From an uncultured Nitrososphaerota archaeon (GTDB lineage: Archaea; Thermoproteota; Nitrososphaeria; Nitrososphaerales; Nitrosopumilaceae): DNA of 64,000 bases. The notes beneath the pieces were generated by a model, which was given only the letters and a program-made list of their open reading frames with translations, had not been told where the DNA came from and made no database searches. The stretch is taken from the NCBI GenBank assembly GCA_963824385.1, contig CAWGPD010000003.1, forward strand, positions 96,001 through 160,000. The letters run 5' to 3'. The position numbers were made by a program, and so were the translations under genes. This document shows, one piece after another, positions 1 to 9,693 of this stretch; the stretch's first letter is position 1, and each line of letters starts with the position of its first letter.

Positions 1-1375
1 TGGTCCGTTAGGAGCTCTTGCAGATCCTAATAAAACTAATGAGCTTCACTGTGCTCAGCCGATGATACCACCAGGTAATGGAACGTTCGGTGGAAGTAAT
101 GCCCCATGTATAGATACAGGAGATACAACCTTCATGTACGCAGCAGCAGTCTTCGTCATGATCATGACTCCTGGTGGTGTGGGATTCTTGTATGGAGGTC
201 TTACAAGAAGAAAGCACTCTCTAACAGTAATTTTACAGGCATTCATGGTCTATGCAATTGTCAGTGTTCAATGGGTAGTCTTTGGATACTCGATAATGTT
301 TGGTCCTTCTGCTGATCCTGTTGGATTTATCGGAAACCTTGACTGGGTAGGCTTGAATAACGTATCGCACAATGCACCAGCCGATGTATATGCTCCAACC
401 ATTCCTCACTTAGCCTATGTGATGTTCCAACTCATGTTCGCTGCCATCACTCCGTCACTTGCCATAGCTGGTTATGCTGACAGAGTAAAGATGAGTGCAT
501 TTCTAATACATGTTGTATTGTGGACTACATTTGTCTATGATTTCGTAGGACATGCAAACTGGTCTCTTGCAAGTCAGGGTACCGCGATGGGCTGGTTAGC
601 CAAGATCGGTACGGAAGACTTTGCGGGTGGAACAGTCATTCACATCACCTCAGGATTTGCAGGTTTAGCTACCGCAATGTTCTTGGGAAGAAGAATAGGA
701 TATGGCAAGGCACCATTTGAACCACACTCAATTCCGCTTATAATTTTGGGTGCATCATTACTTTGGTTTGGATGGTTTGGTTTTAACCCTGGTAGTGCAG
801 GATTTGCTGGTTTCCTTGAAACACAAGCATTCCAGAACACCAACATTGCAACTGCTGTTGCAGCAATATGGTGGATGTTCTTAAGCTGGGCACATACAGG
901 AAAGACTAGTGCCATAGGTGCGGTAAACGGAGCTGTAGCTGGACTTGTAGCAATCACGCCAGCCTCTGGTTTCATTGGAACGTGGGCATCAATAATAGTA
1001 GGATTTGCATGTGCAACGGTATGCTTCTACTGTGTATTAATCAAGAACAGGGCAAGAATAGATGATGCGCTGGATACTTGGGGTGTACACGGAATGGGCG
1101 GTGTTGTTGGTGCATTACTTACAGGTGCATTCAGTGAAGTCAGAATCAATCCATTTGGACACAATGGTCTCTTCTTTGGAAACCCAATGCAGTTTGTAAT
1201 TAATTGTATGGGTGCAGGATTTGGTGCAGCTTGGTCCTTTGGCATAACTTACATCATTTGGAGAATCCAAGATGCAATTTGGCCAGGTGGAGTTAGAGTC
1301 ACACCAAAAGAAGAAGAAGTAGGATTGGACATATCTCAAGTAGGCGAACACGCGTACTCTGGATTCGCAGAGTAA
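1..1375 (+). CDS. amt: Ammonium transporter (Amt family), 5'-truncated by the window edge
   Basis: Motifs DTGDT, FQLMFAAIT, DFAGGTVIH, LLWFGWFGFN, GLVAITPA, DDALDTWGVHG. The frame stays open upstream of ATG62 to the window start (GPLGALADPNKTNELHCAQP). Confidence 0.97.
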   Translation, partial: GPLGALADPNKTNELHCAQPMIPPGNGTFGGSNAPCIDTGDTTFMYAAAVFVMIMTPGGVGFLYGGLTRRKHSLTVILQAFMVYAIVSVQWVVFGYSIMFGPSADPVGFIGNLDWVGLNNVSHNAPADVYAPTIPHLAYVMFQLMFAAITPSLAIAGYADRVKMSAFLIHVVLWTTFVYDFVGHANWSLASQGTAMGWLAKIGTEDFAGGTVIHITSGFAGLATAMFLGRRIGYGKAPFEPHSIPLIILGASLLWFGWFGFNPGSAGFAGFLETQAFQNTNIATAVAAIWWMFLSWAHTGKTSAIGAVNGAVAGLVAITPASGFIGTWASIIVGFACATVCFYCVLIKNRARIDDALDTWGVHGMGGVVGALLTGAFSEVRINPFGHNGLFFGNPMQFVINCMGAGFGAAWSFGITYIIWRIQDAIWPGGVRVTPKEEEVGLDISQVGEHAYSGFAE

Positions 1376-1482
1376 ACTATTCCCACCTTTTTCATTTTTA
1401 TGTTTTCCAAGTCGCTGTTGATTGATTATTATTTCTTAAATTGAGAAACAGTAAATAGATGTCAATTTACCAAACTTTGTAA

Positions 1483-1689
1483 ATGGCAGACAAGTGGTTA
1501 GTTTTTGTTGCATTACAATTTGTTAGTGCTGCAATTGGATTTGGTTTTTGGTATCTTGTTGATCATAGTTTTATCTTTCTAATGGTAGGAGGGCTCTTCT
1601 TTACACTTGGAACATTTGGTGCCACACGCTGGGGCTTTGACAAATGGAAAGGTAAAAACAAACCAAGAAAACGCGAAAAGAAACGATAA
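1483..1689 (+). CDS. Small two-TM membrane protein with basic tail
   Basis: 68-aa ORF, two hydrophobic segments, K/R-rich C-terminus. Confidence 0.65.
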   Translation: MADKWLVFVALQFVSAAIGFGFWYLVDHSFIFLMVGGLFFTLGTFGATRWGFDKWKGKNKPRKREKKR

Positions 1690-1773
1690 TTTTATTTTTT
1701 ATGTTTTAATTTTTGATTTTCATATAATGGTATCTTTTATATCAATCACAATTTGCACTACCTGTAGATATTC

Positions 1774-2460
1774 TTGTCAGCAAAAAAACTCACATCTAGT
1801 AAAAAGAGACGTCTTGTAATATTTGCCATAATTACCATAATTGGAATTTCATATGCATTTTACAATTCGCAACTCAACTCTGGTTTTAAACATACCGTGA
1901 TGTGGAACTTTGATTCGTATCAAAATGGGACAATCCCCCAGGGTTTTGCTGCACTATCTACTGATCAAACGCCTTCCTGGGTAATAGTATCAGACCCAAC
2001 TGCACCATCTCCACCAAATGTATTGGAAAAAATACCGATTAATGATACTAATGATTATCATCTACAATTAATTCCAAATTCGCCTAATGTTGATACTGAA
2101 AATGTCACCATGAATTTTAAAATTGTGTCAGGTGAAAATGCAAAGTCTGCAGGTATGATTCTTCGATTCGTTGACATGAAACATTATTTTGTTTTGATGG
2201 CAGATTCTGGCCAAAACAGGCTCTCTTTATGCAAGGATACTCCTGACTTTTTATTGTGTATTTATGAAAAAAATATTACGATTACTTCAGGTCAGTGGCA
2301 TACACTCAAAGCATTGGTATCTTCGCAGGGAATAGCCGCATATCTTGATGGTCAAGTTGTCATACGAGCAAATGATCATAATTATCTGCAAGGACAAGTT
2401 GGACTGTGGACCAAGAAAGACACTGGTGCATTATTTGATGATCTTAAAATAGAGTACTAG
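1774..2460 (+). CDS. Membrane-anchored concanavalin A-like (DUF1080/LamG-type) domain protein
   Basis: N-terminal TM, then a beta-sandwich pattern (AGMILRFVD..HYF, GQWHTLK, G.VGLWT, FDDLKI). Confidence 0.75.
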   Translation: MSAKKLTSSKKRRLVIFAIITIIGISYAFYNSQLNSGFKHTVMWNFDSYQNGTIPQGFAALSTDQTPSWVIVSDPTAPSPPNVLEKIPINDTNDYHLQLIPNSPNVDTENVTMNFKIVSGENAKSAGMILRFVDMKHYFVLMADSGQNRLSLCKDTPDFLLCIYEKNITITSGQWHTLKALVSSQGIAAYLDGQVVIRANDHNYLQGQVGLWTKKDTGALFDDLKIEY

Positions 2461-2540
2461 CACAAACTCGTTTTAAAATTCTGGTCGAGTCCTTACACTA
2501 AAATTGCCTAGAGATTTGAATAGACTTTAGTTACAACAAT

Positions 2541-2819
2541 ATGGAGTCAATTGATGCCCAAGAAAAATTTCTCAAGATTCAGCTCATACTTGCAGTAATA
2601 CCTACATTTGTGACTCAGTTGTTTGCGTTTTACAGAATACGAAAACTAACCTATGGTATCATAATTGAAGTGATAATATTTTTTGTAGACTTGGTAATTC
2701 AGACAAGTATATCATGGCCATTTGGAGTGATAATTGTACTTCCGATATCTGTTTTAATTCCTGTTTACTTTGTACGAAAGTGGACTTTGGAATTTAACCA
2801 AACAAAGTCCATGTTCTAA
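2541..2819 (+). CDS. Small membrane protein
   Basis: 92-aa hydrophobic ORF with about 3 TM segments. Confidence 0.7.
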   Translation: MESIDAQEKFLKIQLILAVIPTFVTQLFAFYRIRKLTYGIIIEVIIFFVDLVIQTSISWPFGVIIVLPISVLIPVYFVRKWTLEFNQTKSMF

Positions 2820-2870
2820 AAATAGTTTATACTAATTCAAATAAAATGAAAAGAGAGGGGGTGATTGTTT

Positions 2871-3438
2871 TTAAATCACTTGCCAAGGTCTTGTAGCGAA
2901 AGTAACCACATATCCAATTGCAATGACTATCGATTGATAGGCTACGTTTACATATGGAATTGGTTTTACGATTGGATCGCCTGTTACCACGACTGTTTGT
3001 CCTGGACCTAGACCTGGACCGATGCTTGCTATGTTAAGTCTGTGTATGCATGTGATATACTGCTGGTTCAAGTGCTCTGATTGTTAGCTTGTATGGAACC
3101 ACTCCGTTTGCTGGTATTGTAATTACGTTACCAGGTGGATCTCTTGCTACAATCTCCCATCTGTTACCAGCGTTTGGTGAGTCACCGTAAACGGTGTACC
3201 ATCCTCGCAAGTCTCTGTTTACAAGACTTACAAATTTGCCAGAAACTGTCAGAGTGTCTCCTGTTTTAACAGATTGTTTTGACCAAGTCTCACCATCTAT
3301 TCTAATAAAACGACTCTGTAGTTGTGCCTGGACACCATGTGCTTCAGCATGTTGGAACATTTGTGCCATTGATGGTCCAACTGCTCCAAGTGCTACTATC
3401 ACACTTATTGCAGCCACAATAAACTTCTTATCGACCAT
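2871..3438 (-). CDS. amoB: Ammonia monooxygenase subunit B (one extra base at about 3039, probably a sequencing error)
   Basis: MVDKKF...AHGVQAQLQSRF...NAGNRWE...VYHMHTQ continues in the next frame as LNIASIGPGLGPGQTVVV...TRPWQVI. Removing base 3039 restores one ORF. Confidence 0.96.
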
Positions 3439-3506
3439 ATCGAACTGTAACAATTGAGAAACTACAACGATATATATTTTGCCCTGACTGATCCCTCTTA
3501 TGACAA

Positions 3507-3565
3507 TAATCATGTATAACAGCGGTGTTAATCATGTATAATGTAATTTTATGTATGATGTAATT
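3507..3565. promoter_or_regulatory. Direct repeats in the divergent amoB/amoC intergenic region
   Basis: TAATCATGTATAA at 3507-3519 and 3529-3541 (22-bp period); ATGTATRATGTAATT at 3534 and 3551. Confidence 0.5.
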
Positions 3566-3690
3566 ATCATATTGTATGTTGATTTAAAGTATTATTGATA
3601 TAATTTTTGGCATAAAAATATAAGAATTATACTTGATCTTATAGAAATTATAACTTATGGTTTAAATAAGTATCAACCATTCACTACTCC

Positions 3691-4254
3691 ATGGCACAAA
3701 TGCCCGCACTAATTCCAAAAGAAGTTGAAATCCAGAGACTGAAGAAGATCTGGCTTATCATCATCGCATTGGGATCAATTGCAGCATCAGTAGAGGTTGA
3801 TAACTTCGTAGATGGATCTTTACACCAGACATCAATCAGAGATAGTGCCTTCACACCAGCACACTGGTGGTTATACAGCCACTTCATTGCTCTTCCATTA
3901 GGATGGGGAATGGTAGCTATGTATGATAGAAAAGTACCAATCCTGAGAGGTCCAAACAACTCAATGAACACAGGTCTTAAGATGACCATCCTTGGTTACT
4001 TGGCAACAATGTTTACCATTGGTGTTAATGAGATGTGGCACTTCTGGTATGTAGAGGAGATCTTTGCAGTTCCAAATCACTGGATGTTTAACATGGGTGT
4101 CGTCGTTGCTTTCATGGGTGCACTTGCCTATGTAGTAAGAGTATACGCACGACTCGTCGAACTTGGAGCAGAAACCCCAGGAGAGAACCCATATGTTGCA
4201 GAAATGTACAAGATGGCCTTAGAGGGCAAATTGTACAGCAGATCAATCCCATAA
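3691..4254 (+). CDS. amoC: Ammonia monooxygenase subunit C
   Basis: MAQMPALIPKEVEIQRLKK, DNFVDGSLHQTSIRDSAFTPAH, NEMWHFW, typical archaeal AmoC. Confidence 0.99.
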   Translation: MAQMPALIPKEVEIQRLKKIWLIIIALGSIAASVEVDNFVDGSLHQTSIRDSAFTPAHWWLYSHFIALPLGWGMVAMYDRKVPILRGPNNSMNTGLKMTILGYLATMFTIGVNEMWHFWYVEEIFAVPNHWMFNMGVVVAFMGALAYVVRVYARLVELGAETPGENPYVAEMYKMALEGKLYSRSIP

Positions 4255-4361
4255 ACGCGCAAAAGGCGCTCTTTCTCTTTTATTTTTCCCGATCAAATTA
4301 ACGCAAGTTATGTCTCATCTTGGGAAAAGATTTAAAAGCATACATCTGTCATTAAATCCAA

Positions 4362-4724
4362 ATGACCTTACCAAAAGGATTCGGTACTGGTGGCGGAGCT
4401 TCAAGTTCCGATATAAGCAAGATGATAGGACGACGTGTAGAAGATCACTTCGGAATTATTACTGCATTCTTCCTCGCATTATGGGGAGGAACATGGGCAG
4501 GAATAGCAGTCGCATGCGTTTACTATCCTTGGGCATATCCACCGCCAAGCGCACACTTTGCATTGACATGCCTTACAATTATCGAGGCAATAGGTTACTT
4601 GTTCTGTGTTAAAGTAGTAACTGAAGGTACATCAAAAGCAAAGACATACAATGGTGCAATCGCTGGCATAATCGCAGCAGTAGCAATAGGCACATTGCTT
4701 ACAGATTGCTTCTTCTTCGGTTAG
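4362..4724 (+). CDS. amoX: Ammonia monooxygenase subunit X
   Basis: 120-aa membrane ORF between amoC and amoA; LPKGFG, MIGRRVE and YYPWAYP motifs. Confidence 0.93.
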   Translation: MTLPKGFGTGGGASSSDISKMIGRRVEDHFGIITAFFLALWGGTWAGIAVACVYYPWAYPPPSAHFALTCLTIIEAIGYLFCVKVVTEGTSKAKTYNGAIAGIIAAVAIGTLLTDCFFFG

Positions 4725-4769
4725 AAATTCCCTTTTCATCTTTTCTTTTATTATCCAGATCTAACTTGA

Positions 4770-4812
4770 GTTGATCTCGTTGTTGATCTCGTACTTGATA
4801 AAATTTTATATA
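4770..4812 (+). promoter_or_regulatory. amoA promoter: tandem GTTGATCTCGT repeats followed by BRE/TATA
   Basis: GTTGATCTCGT at 4770-4780 and 4782-4792, then GATAAAATTTTATATA about 25 bp before ATG4836. Confidence 0.6.
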
Positions 4813-4835
4813 CATCACATCCTGAATACAATCCA

Positions 4836-5486
4836 ATGGTCTGGCTAAGACGATGTACTCACTACTTATTCATAGTAGTGGTAGCAGTCAACTCGACCCT
4901 GTTGGTAATCAACGCAGGAGACTACATATTCTACACTGATTGGGCATGGACATCATATGTGATATTCACATTATCACAATCATTGATGCTCGCAGTTGGT
5001 GCAGCATATTACCTAACGTTCACTGGTGTTCCAGGAACTGCAACATACTATGCACTGATAATGACGGTGTATACGTGGATTGCAAAAGGTGCGTGGTTCT
5101 CCTTAGGATACCCATACAGCTTCATCGTTGTTCCGATATGGATTCCGTCAGCAATATTGATGGACTTGGCATATTGGGCAACAAAGAGAAACAAACACTC
5201 TTTGATCCTAATCGGCGGTGTACTCTGTGGAATGTCTATGTCGTTGTTCAACATGATCAATCTAATTACAATAGATGATCCTCTTGAGACTGCTTTCAAA
5301 TACCCGAGAACCACATTGCCTCCATACATGACCCCAATAGAACCCCAAGTAGGAAAGTTCTATGATAGTCCCGTAGCTTTGGGTGCAGGCGCTAGTGCAG
5401 TATTAACGGTAACAATGACTGCATTAGGAACCAAACTAACAACATGGACTTACAGGTGGATGGCAGCTTGGTCTAAGTGGGACTAA
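4836..5486 (+). CDS. amoA: Ammonia monooxygenase subunit A
   Basis: MVWLRRCTHYLFIVVVAVNSTLL...GDYIFYTDWAWTS...YRWMAAWSKWD, 216 aa. Confidence 0.99.
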   Translation: MVWLRRCTHYLFIVVVAVNSTLLVINAGDYIFYTDWAWTSYVIFTLSQSLMLAVGAAYYLTFTGVPGTATYYALIMTVYTWIAKGAWFSLGYPYSFIVVPIWIPSAILMDLAYWATKRNKHSLILIGGVLCGMSMSLFNMINLITIDDPLETAFKYPRTTLPPYMTPIEPQVGKFYDSPVALGAGASAVLTVTMTALGTKLTTWTYRWMAAWSKWD

Positions 5487-5575
5487 CTTCCCTTTCCTTT
5501 TACTTTTATTATTTTACTTGTAGTAAGCTATCTTCAAAATTTAGTTTTGATTAAAAAAAGTTACACAAGGTGTGA

Positions 5576-6485
<910 letters not shown>

Positions 6486-6549
6486 AATAGGCACTAAATC
6501 AGACAAACCAGTACAGTAAAATCAAAGATGATTTTCAGTCTCTGATAGA

Positions 6550-7089
6550 TTGGATCAAGACAAGAAAGAACACGTCATAAAAATTGCCAAATTAACAAGT
6601 GTAGAACTCTTGGAATCGGCAAGGCCTTTACGTGAAATCTTGGAGACATGCAAGAGCATCTGCAAGATGGCAGGAATATCTGATGAGAATTCCTGGATTG
6701 ACCTTGAGATTAATGGCTATGCGGTAAAGTACAAGACACAAGATGATCTGTGCCAAAATCTTCCGGCATATAGGAAGACTGGCTGGAAGTTTCATGATCT
6801 TTATGGAAACTTGATTCCACTACACCCCGTAGCAGCTGCTCTTTTTGGCCAGTCTACAATATATCATCCAATTAAGGAATTGGAAAGTAACAAACCAATT
6901 ATAATTGAAGCAAAGTATCTAGAAAAATTTAACAACTTTAGATCTAAATTCGGTTTGGATGAGATCTCTAAAGTTTCAATCCATGAAGGGAGAATCCCTC
7001 CAGAAGAGATAAGACATGTTCTGGAAGGTGTAAAAAATAGAATTCAAGAGTTGCTTGATGTTATCATCTCTTTGCTAGAGATGCAATAA
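6550..7089 (+). CDS. AbiTii-like domain protein
   Basis: EILETCKSICKMAG...SWIDLEINGY...LPAYRK resembles the AbiTii W..xELxGY...PxYR pattern. Confidence 0.6.
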   Translation: MDQDKKEHVIKIAKLTSVELLESARPLREILETCKSICKMAGISDENSWIDLEINGYAVKYKTQDDLCQNLPAYRKTGWKFHDLYGNLIPLHPVAAALFGQSTIYHPIKELESNKPIIIEAKYLEKFNNFRSKFGLDEISKVSIHEGRIPPEEIRHVLEGVKNRIQELLDVIISLLEMQ

Positions 7090-7230
7090 ACTGCATATTA
7101 TAATGAAAAGTTAATTTGCTAGCTTGTTACTATAATTGTATTCAAATTAGTCCATTACCAAAATCATATTTTCTGTTACCTGTTTTGGAGTCAAATCTAT
7201 ACAACAAAAGTGTAATGGAGGCTGACTAGC

Positions 7231-8559
7231 ATGGCCGGTTTTGGAAATATTGGCGGACTGTTGCTTGCAATCTTTGGGCTCTTAATTGCAGCCTTTGGGT
7301 TAAATGTGCACGGAAATCACTCAACTTATGCATTCATTCTCGGAGTAGGCTGTGCTGCTACTGGTGGAATAATTGTATGGTCTAGTAAAAGACAAGGAAA
7401 AAATTTCCAAACACAACCATATGAGGTCATATCTGGAAATACAACTTACTCTGTAGACTCGAAATACAAAAAAATCTATGAAGGCTCCCCAATTTTACAA
7501 AGAACGGTAAATACTTCTGGGATCATTCTAGAATGTAATCCTGCATATGTGAAAAATTTTGCAAATTCAAAAGAAGAAATTATCGGCAAGTCTATTTTTG
7601 ATCATGTCGCAGAAAAAAGTTCTGCTGATATGAAAAATGCCTTTGAAAACTGGAAGAAAGCTAATAAAGTAGACAATGTTGAAATATGGTTCAAAAGAAA
7701 AGATGGGACGACATTTCCTGGATTACTTTCTGCAAATAATATCTATGACGACAAAGGCAAAATGATAGGAAGTAATACTTTTATCAGAAATATATCTGAT
7801 ATTTATGACGCTCACAAAGTTCTCGAGGAGCATGAAAGACAAAAAATCCAGATTGACGAGCTACAAAAAACAGATTCTTCTAAAGCAGCATTTTATATGA
7901 CGGTTGCAAAAGAATCTCAAGTTCCTATATCTCCAATCTTGAAATATTCAAGGGATCTTCTAAAGGAGATTCCTCATGGAAAACTTACCAAAAAACAAGT
8001 AGAGGCAATAACTGAGATTCATGATAATGCAGCAAAACTTGATCAATTAATGATTGACATAATAGATGTACAAAAACTCAACACCAAAACCATGGAATTC
8101 AAAAAGGAGCCATTTAATGTTGATAGCTTGATGGGAGAAGTTGTTGAATTGTGCAAACCTATGATGGACGACAAGAAGATCAAGTTTGTAGATTCTTCAA
8201 GCACCAAAAAAACAATATCAAGTGACAAAGCCCTGTTAAACAAGGTCTTTTTCAATTTAGTACAAAATGCAGTTGATTTTGTGCCTACAACAGGCGCACA
8301 AATAGAGATAGGCGCCAAGGAGGAAGGTGATTCTGTGGTATTTTATGTAAAAGATAATGGGGTTGGCATAATGGATAAAAAGAAAGAATTTGTCTTTAAA
8401 AAATTCTATCAGGTGGATATTACCTACAAGAGAAAATATGGCGGTAGTGGATTTGGGTTGGTTATCTGCAAAGGAATTGTCGAAAACCTTGGCGGAAAAA
8501 TTTGGTTTGATACTCAAAGGGATGTAGGTACGACATTTTATTTCTCAATTCCAGCATAA
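7231..8559 (+). CDS. Membrane PAS-domain histidine kinase-like protein with degenerate H-box
   Basis: 2 TM, PAS (CNPAY, EEIIGKSIFD), N-box NLVQNAVDF, G1 VKDNGVGI, G2 GSGFGLVICK; H-box reads TVAKESQVPI. Confidence 0.88.
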   Translation: MAGFGNIGGLLLAIFGLLIAAFGLNVHGNHSTYAFILGVGCAATGGIIVWSSKRQGKNFQTQPYEVISGNTTYSVDSKYKKIYEGSPILQRTVNTSGIILECNPAYVKNFANSKEEIIGKSIFDHVAEKSSADMKNAFENWKKANKVDNVEIWFKRKDGTTFPGLLSANNIYDDKGKMIGSNTFIRNISDIYDAHKVLEEHERQKIQIDELQKTDSSKAAFYMTVAKESQVPISPILKYSRDLLKEIPHGKLTKKQVEAITEIHDNAAKLDQLMIDIIDVQKLNTKTMEFKKEPFNVDSLMGEVVELCKPMMDDKKIKFVDSSSTKKTISSDKALLNKVFFNLVQNAVDFVPTTGAQIEIGAKEEGDSVVFYVKDNGVGIMDKKKEFVFKKFYQVDITYKRKYGGSGFGLVICKGIVENLGGKIWFDTQRDVGTTFYFSIPA

Positions 8560-8577
8560 TAAAATTATAAAACATTA

Positions 8578-8651
8578 AGCTTCGAACGGGATTCGATCCC
8601 GCGACCTTTACCTTACCAAGGTAACGCTCTACCAGGCTGAGCTATCGAAGC
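8578..8651 (-). tRNA. tRNA-Thr(GGT)
   Basis: Reverse complement folds as a cloverleaf: GCTTCGA acceptor, TTACC-TTGGTAA-GGTAA anticodon arm. Confidence 0.95.
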
Positions 8652-8749
8652 ATAACAAGCTCGCACTTCCGAATCCTTATTAATCTTACTTGGTTTTAGA
8701 AAAAATTTTCATAAAACGTTTAATTTCTCCGACATCTCGCTAATAAAAC

Positions 8750-8871
8750 GCAGGAGTCGCCGAGCCTGGCCAAAGTAGGTCTGATGGCCTTTGGACGCGC
8801 GGGACTTAAGATCATACAAATGGGTGATCCCGTCTCTTAGGGGTTCGTGGGTTCAAATCCCACCTCCTGCA
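8750..8871 (+). tRNA. tRNA-Leu(TAA) with two introns (8776-8796 in the D-arm; 8811-8826 at 37/38)
   Basis: Removing 21 and 16 nt gives GCAGGAGTCGCCGAGCCTGGCCAAAGGCGCGGGACTTAAGATCCCGTCTCTTAGGGGTTCGTGGGTTCAAATCCCACCTCCTGCA. Confidence 0.92.
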
Positions 8872-8878
8872 CCTTTTT

Positions 8879-9265
8879 TTATCTTTGGTGCTTTATTCCT
8901 CTAGCATTTAGAATTTCGTAAACTTCTGGAAGAGAAAATACAAATCCTACATGGACACAATTTTTCTCATCACACAATAAACAAAAGAGCTCATTATTTT
9001 GTACAGCAACTTCAGCTATTCTGTTTTTGATGTTATCTTTTATTACAACTCTATCATCGTCAACTGAAATCTTTTCAAGTTTTGGCGCGTATCTTGCAAA
9101 GGTATCGTCCTTTTGCATCAGGTCTTCCATCATGTAAGTAATATATCCTGCAAAACTGTTAACACCCTTCATTGCAAGTTCGTGTTTACTTTTCTTGTAT
9201 GTATCATGGAATTTGTTGTACACTTCTTCTGAAATTGTGATTGATTTGAAACCTGCTTTTGGCAT
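8879..9265 (-). CDS. Conserved thaumarchaeal protein (RHH-like N-terminus, CxxC...CxH C-terminus)
   Basis: MPKAGFKSITISEEVY; LFCLLCDEKNCVHVGF. Confidence 0.8.
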   Translation of the reverse strand: MPKAGFKSITISEEVYNKFHDTYKKSKHELAMKGVNSFAGYITYMMEDLMQKDDTFARYAPKLEKISVDDDRVVIKDNIKNRIAEVAVQNNELFCLLCDEKNCVHVGFVFSLPEVYEILNARGIKHQR

Positions 9266-9529
9266 TACTTATCTATACCGTACTTTAAAGTACTAATATT
9301 TAATACTTTTGGCTGTAAATATTGCAACCAAAGGTCAGCTTCATGTCAACTAATGTTTCATGAAAAAATGTCTTGATTATAATATGATAAAAATAATTTT
9401 AATATTTAATTAAAAAATTATTTAAAATATAATTTGATCTGTATCACGTGATATGTTTGAAGAACAAATTACTATTTTCAAACTATTAAGGATTGGGTAT
9501 CAATTCTGAGGTTTTTTTAATTACTTTTT

Positions 9530-9660
9530 TGATGTTATGCAATCTAGTGCGCAAGTGGCATACAATATGCACCACCACATAACTTGGACCAACCAGACCA
9601 TACCAAAGTACCGGGTCAGCAAGGACTGCCTTTCATCAGCGGTCCTTTGCTGATTTTTAT
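9530..9660. ncRNA. Candidate structured non-coding RNA
   Basis: GC-richer island in an AT-rich intergenic region; long hairpin TCAGCAAGGACTGC...GCGGTCCTTTGCTGA followed by a T-tract. Confidence 0.35.
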
Positions 9661-9693
9661 TAATCCTATATACAGGAAAATCAAACAAAGTTT

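Noticed and set aside
640..1351. Antisense and alternate-frame ORFs inside amt, and likewise inside amo, kdp, kinase and phe genes
   Set aside because: Shadows of well-supported genes with no recognisable motifs.
3030..3045. Programmed frameshifting or pseudogenisation of amoB
   Set aside because: No slippery sequence, and the same kind of single-base insertion occurs in trpS, pheT and many other genes, so error is the simpler explanation.
9370..9440. AT-rich stretch as a replication origin
   Set aside because: No ORB-like G-string repeats and no cdc6/orc1 nearby; a similar AT tract occurs at about 37070.
9530..9660. Cobalamin riboswitch
   Set aside because: The conserved GGGAA and GCCACTG core elements are not present in the expected arrangement; kept only as a generic ncRNA candidate.
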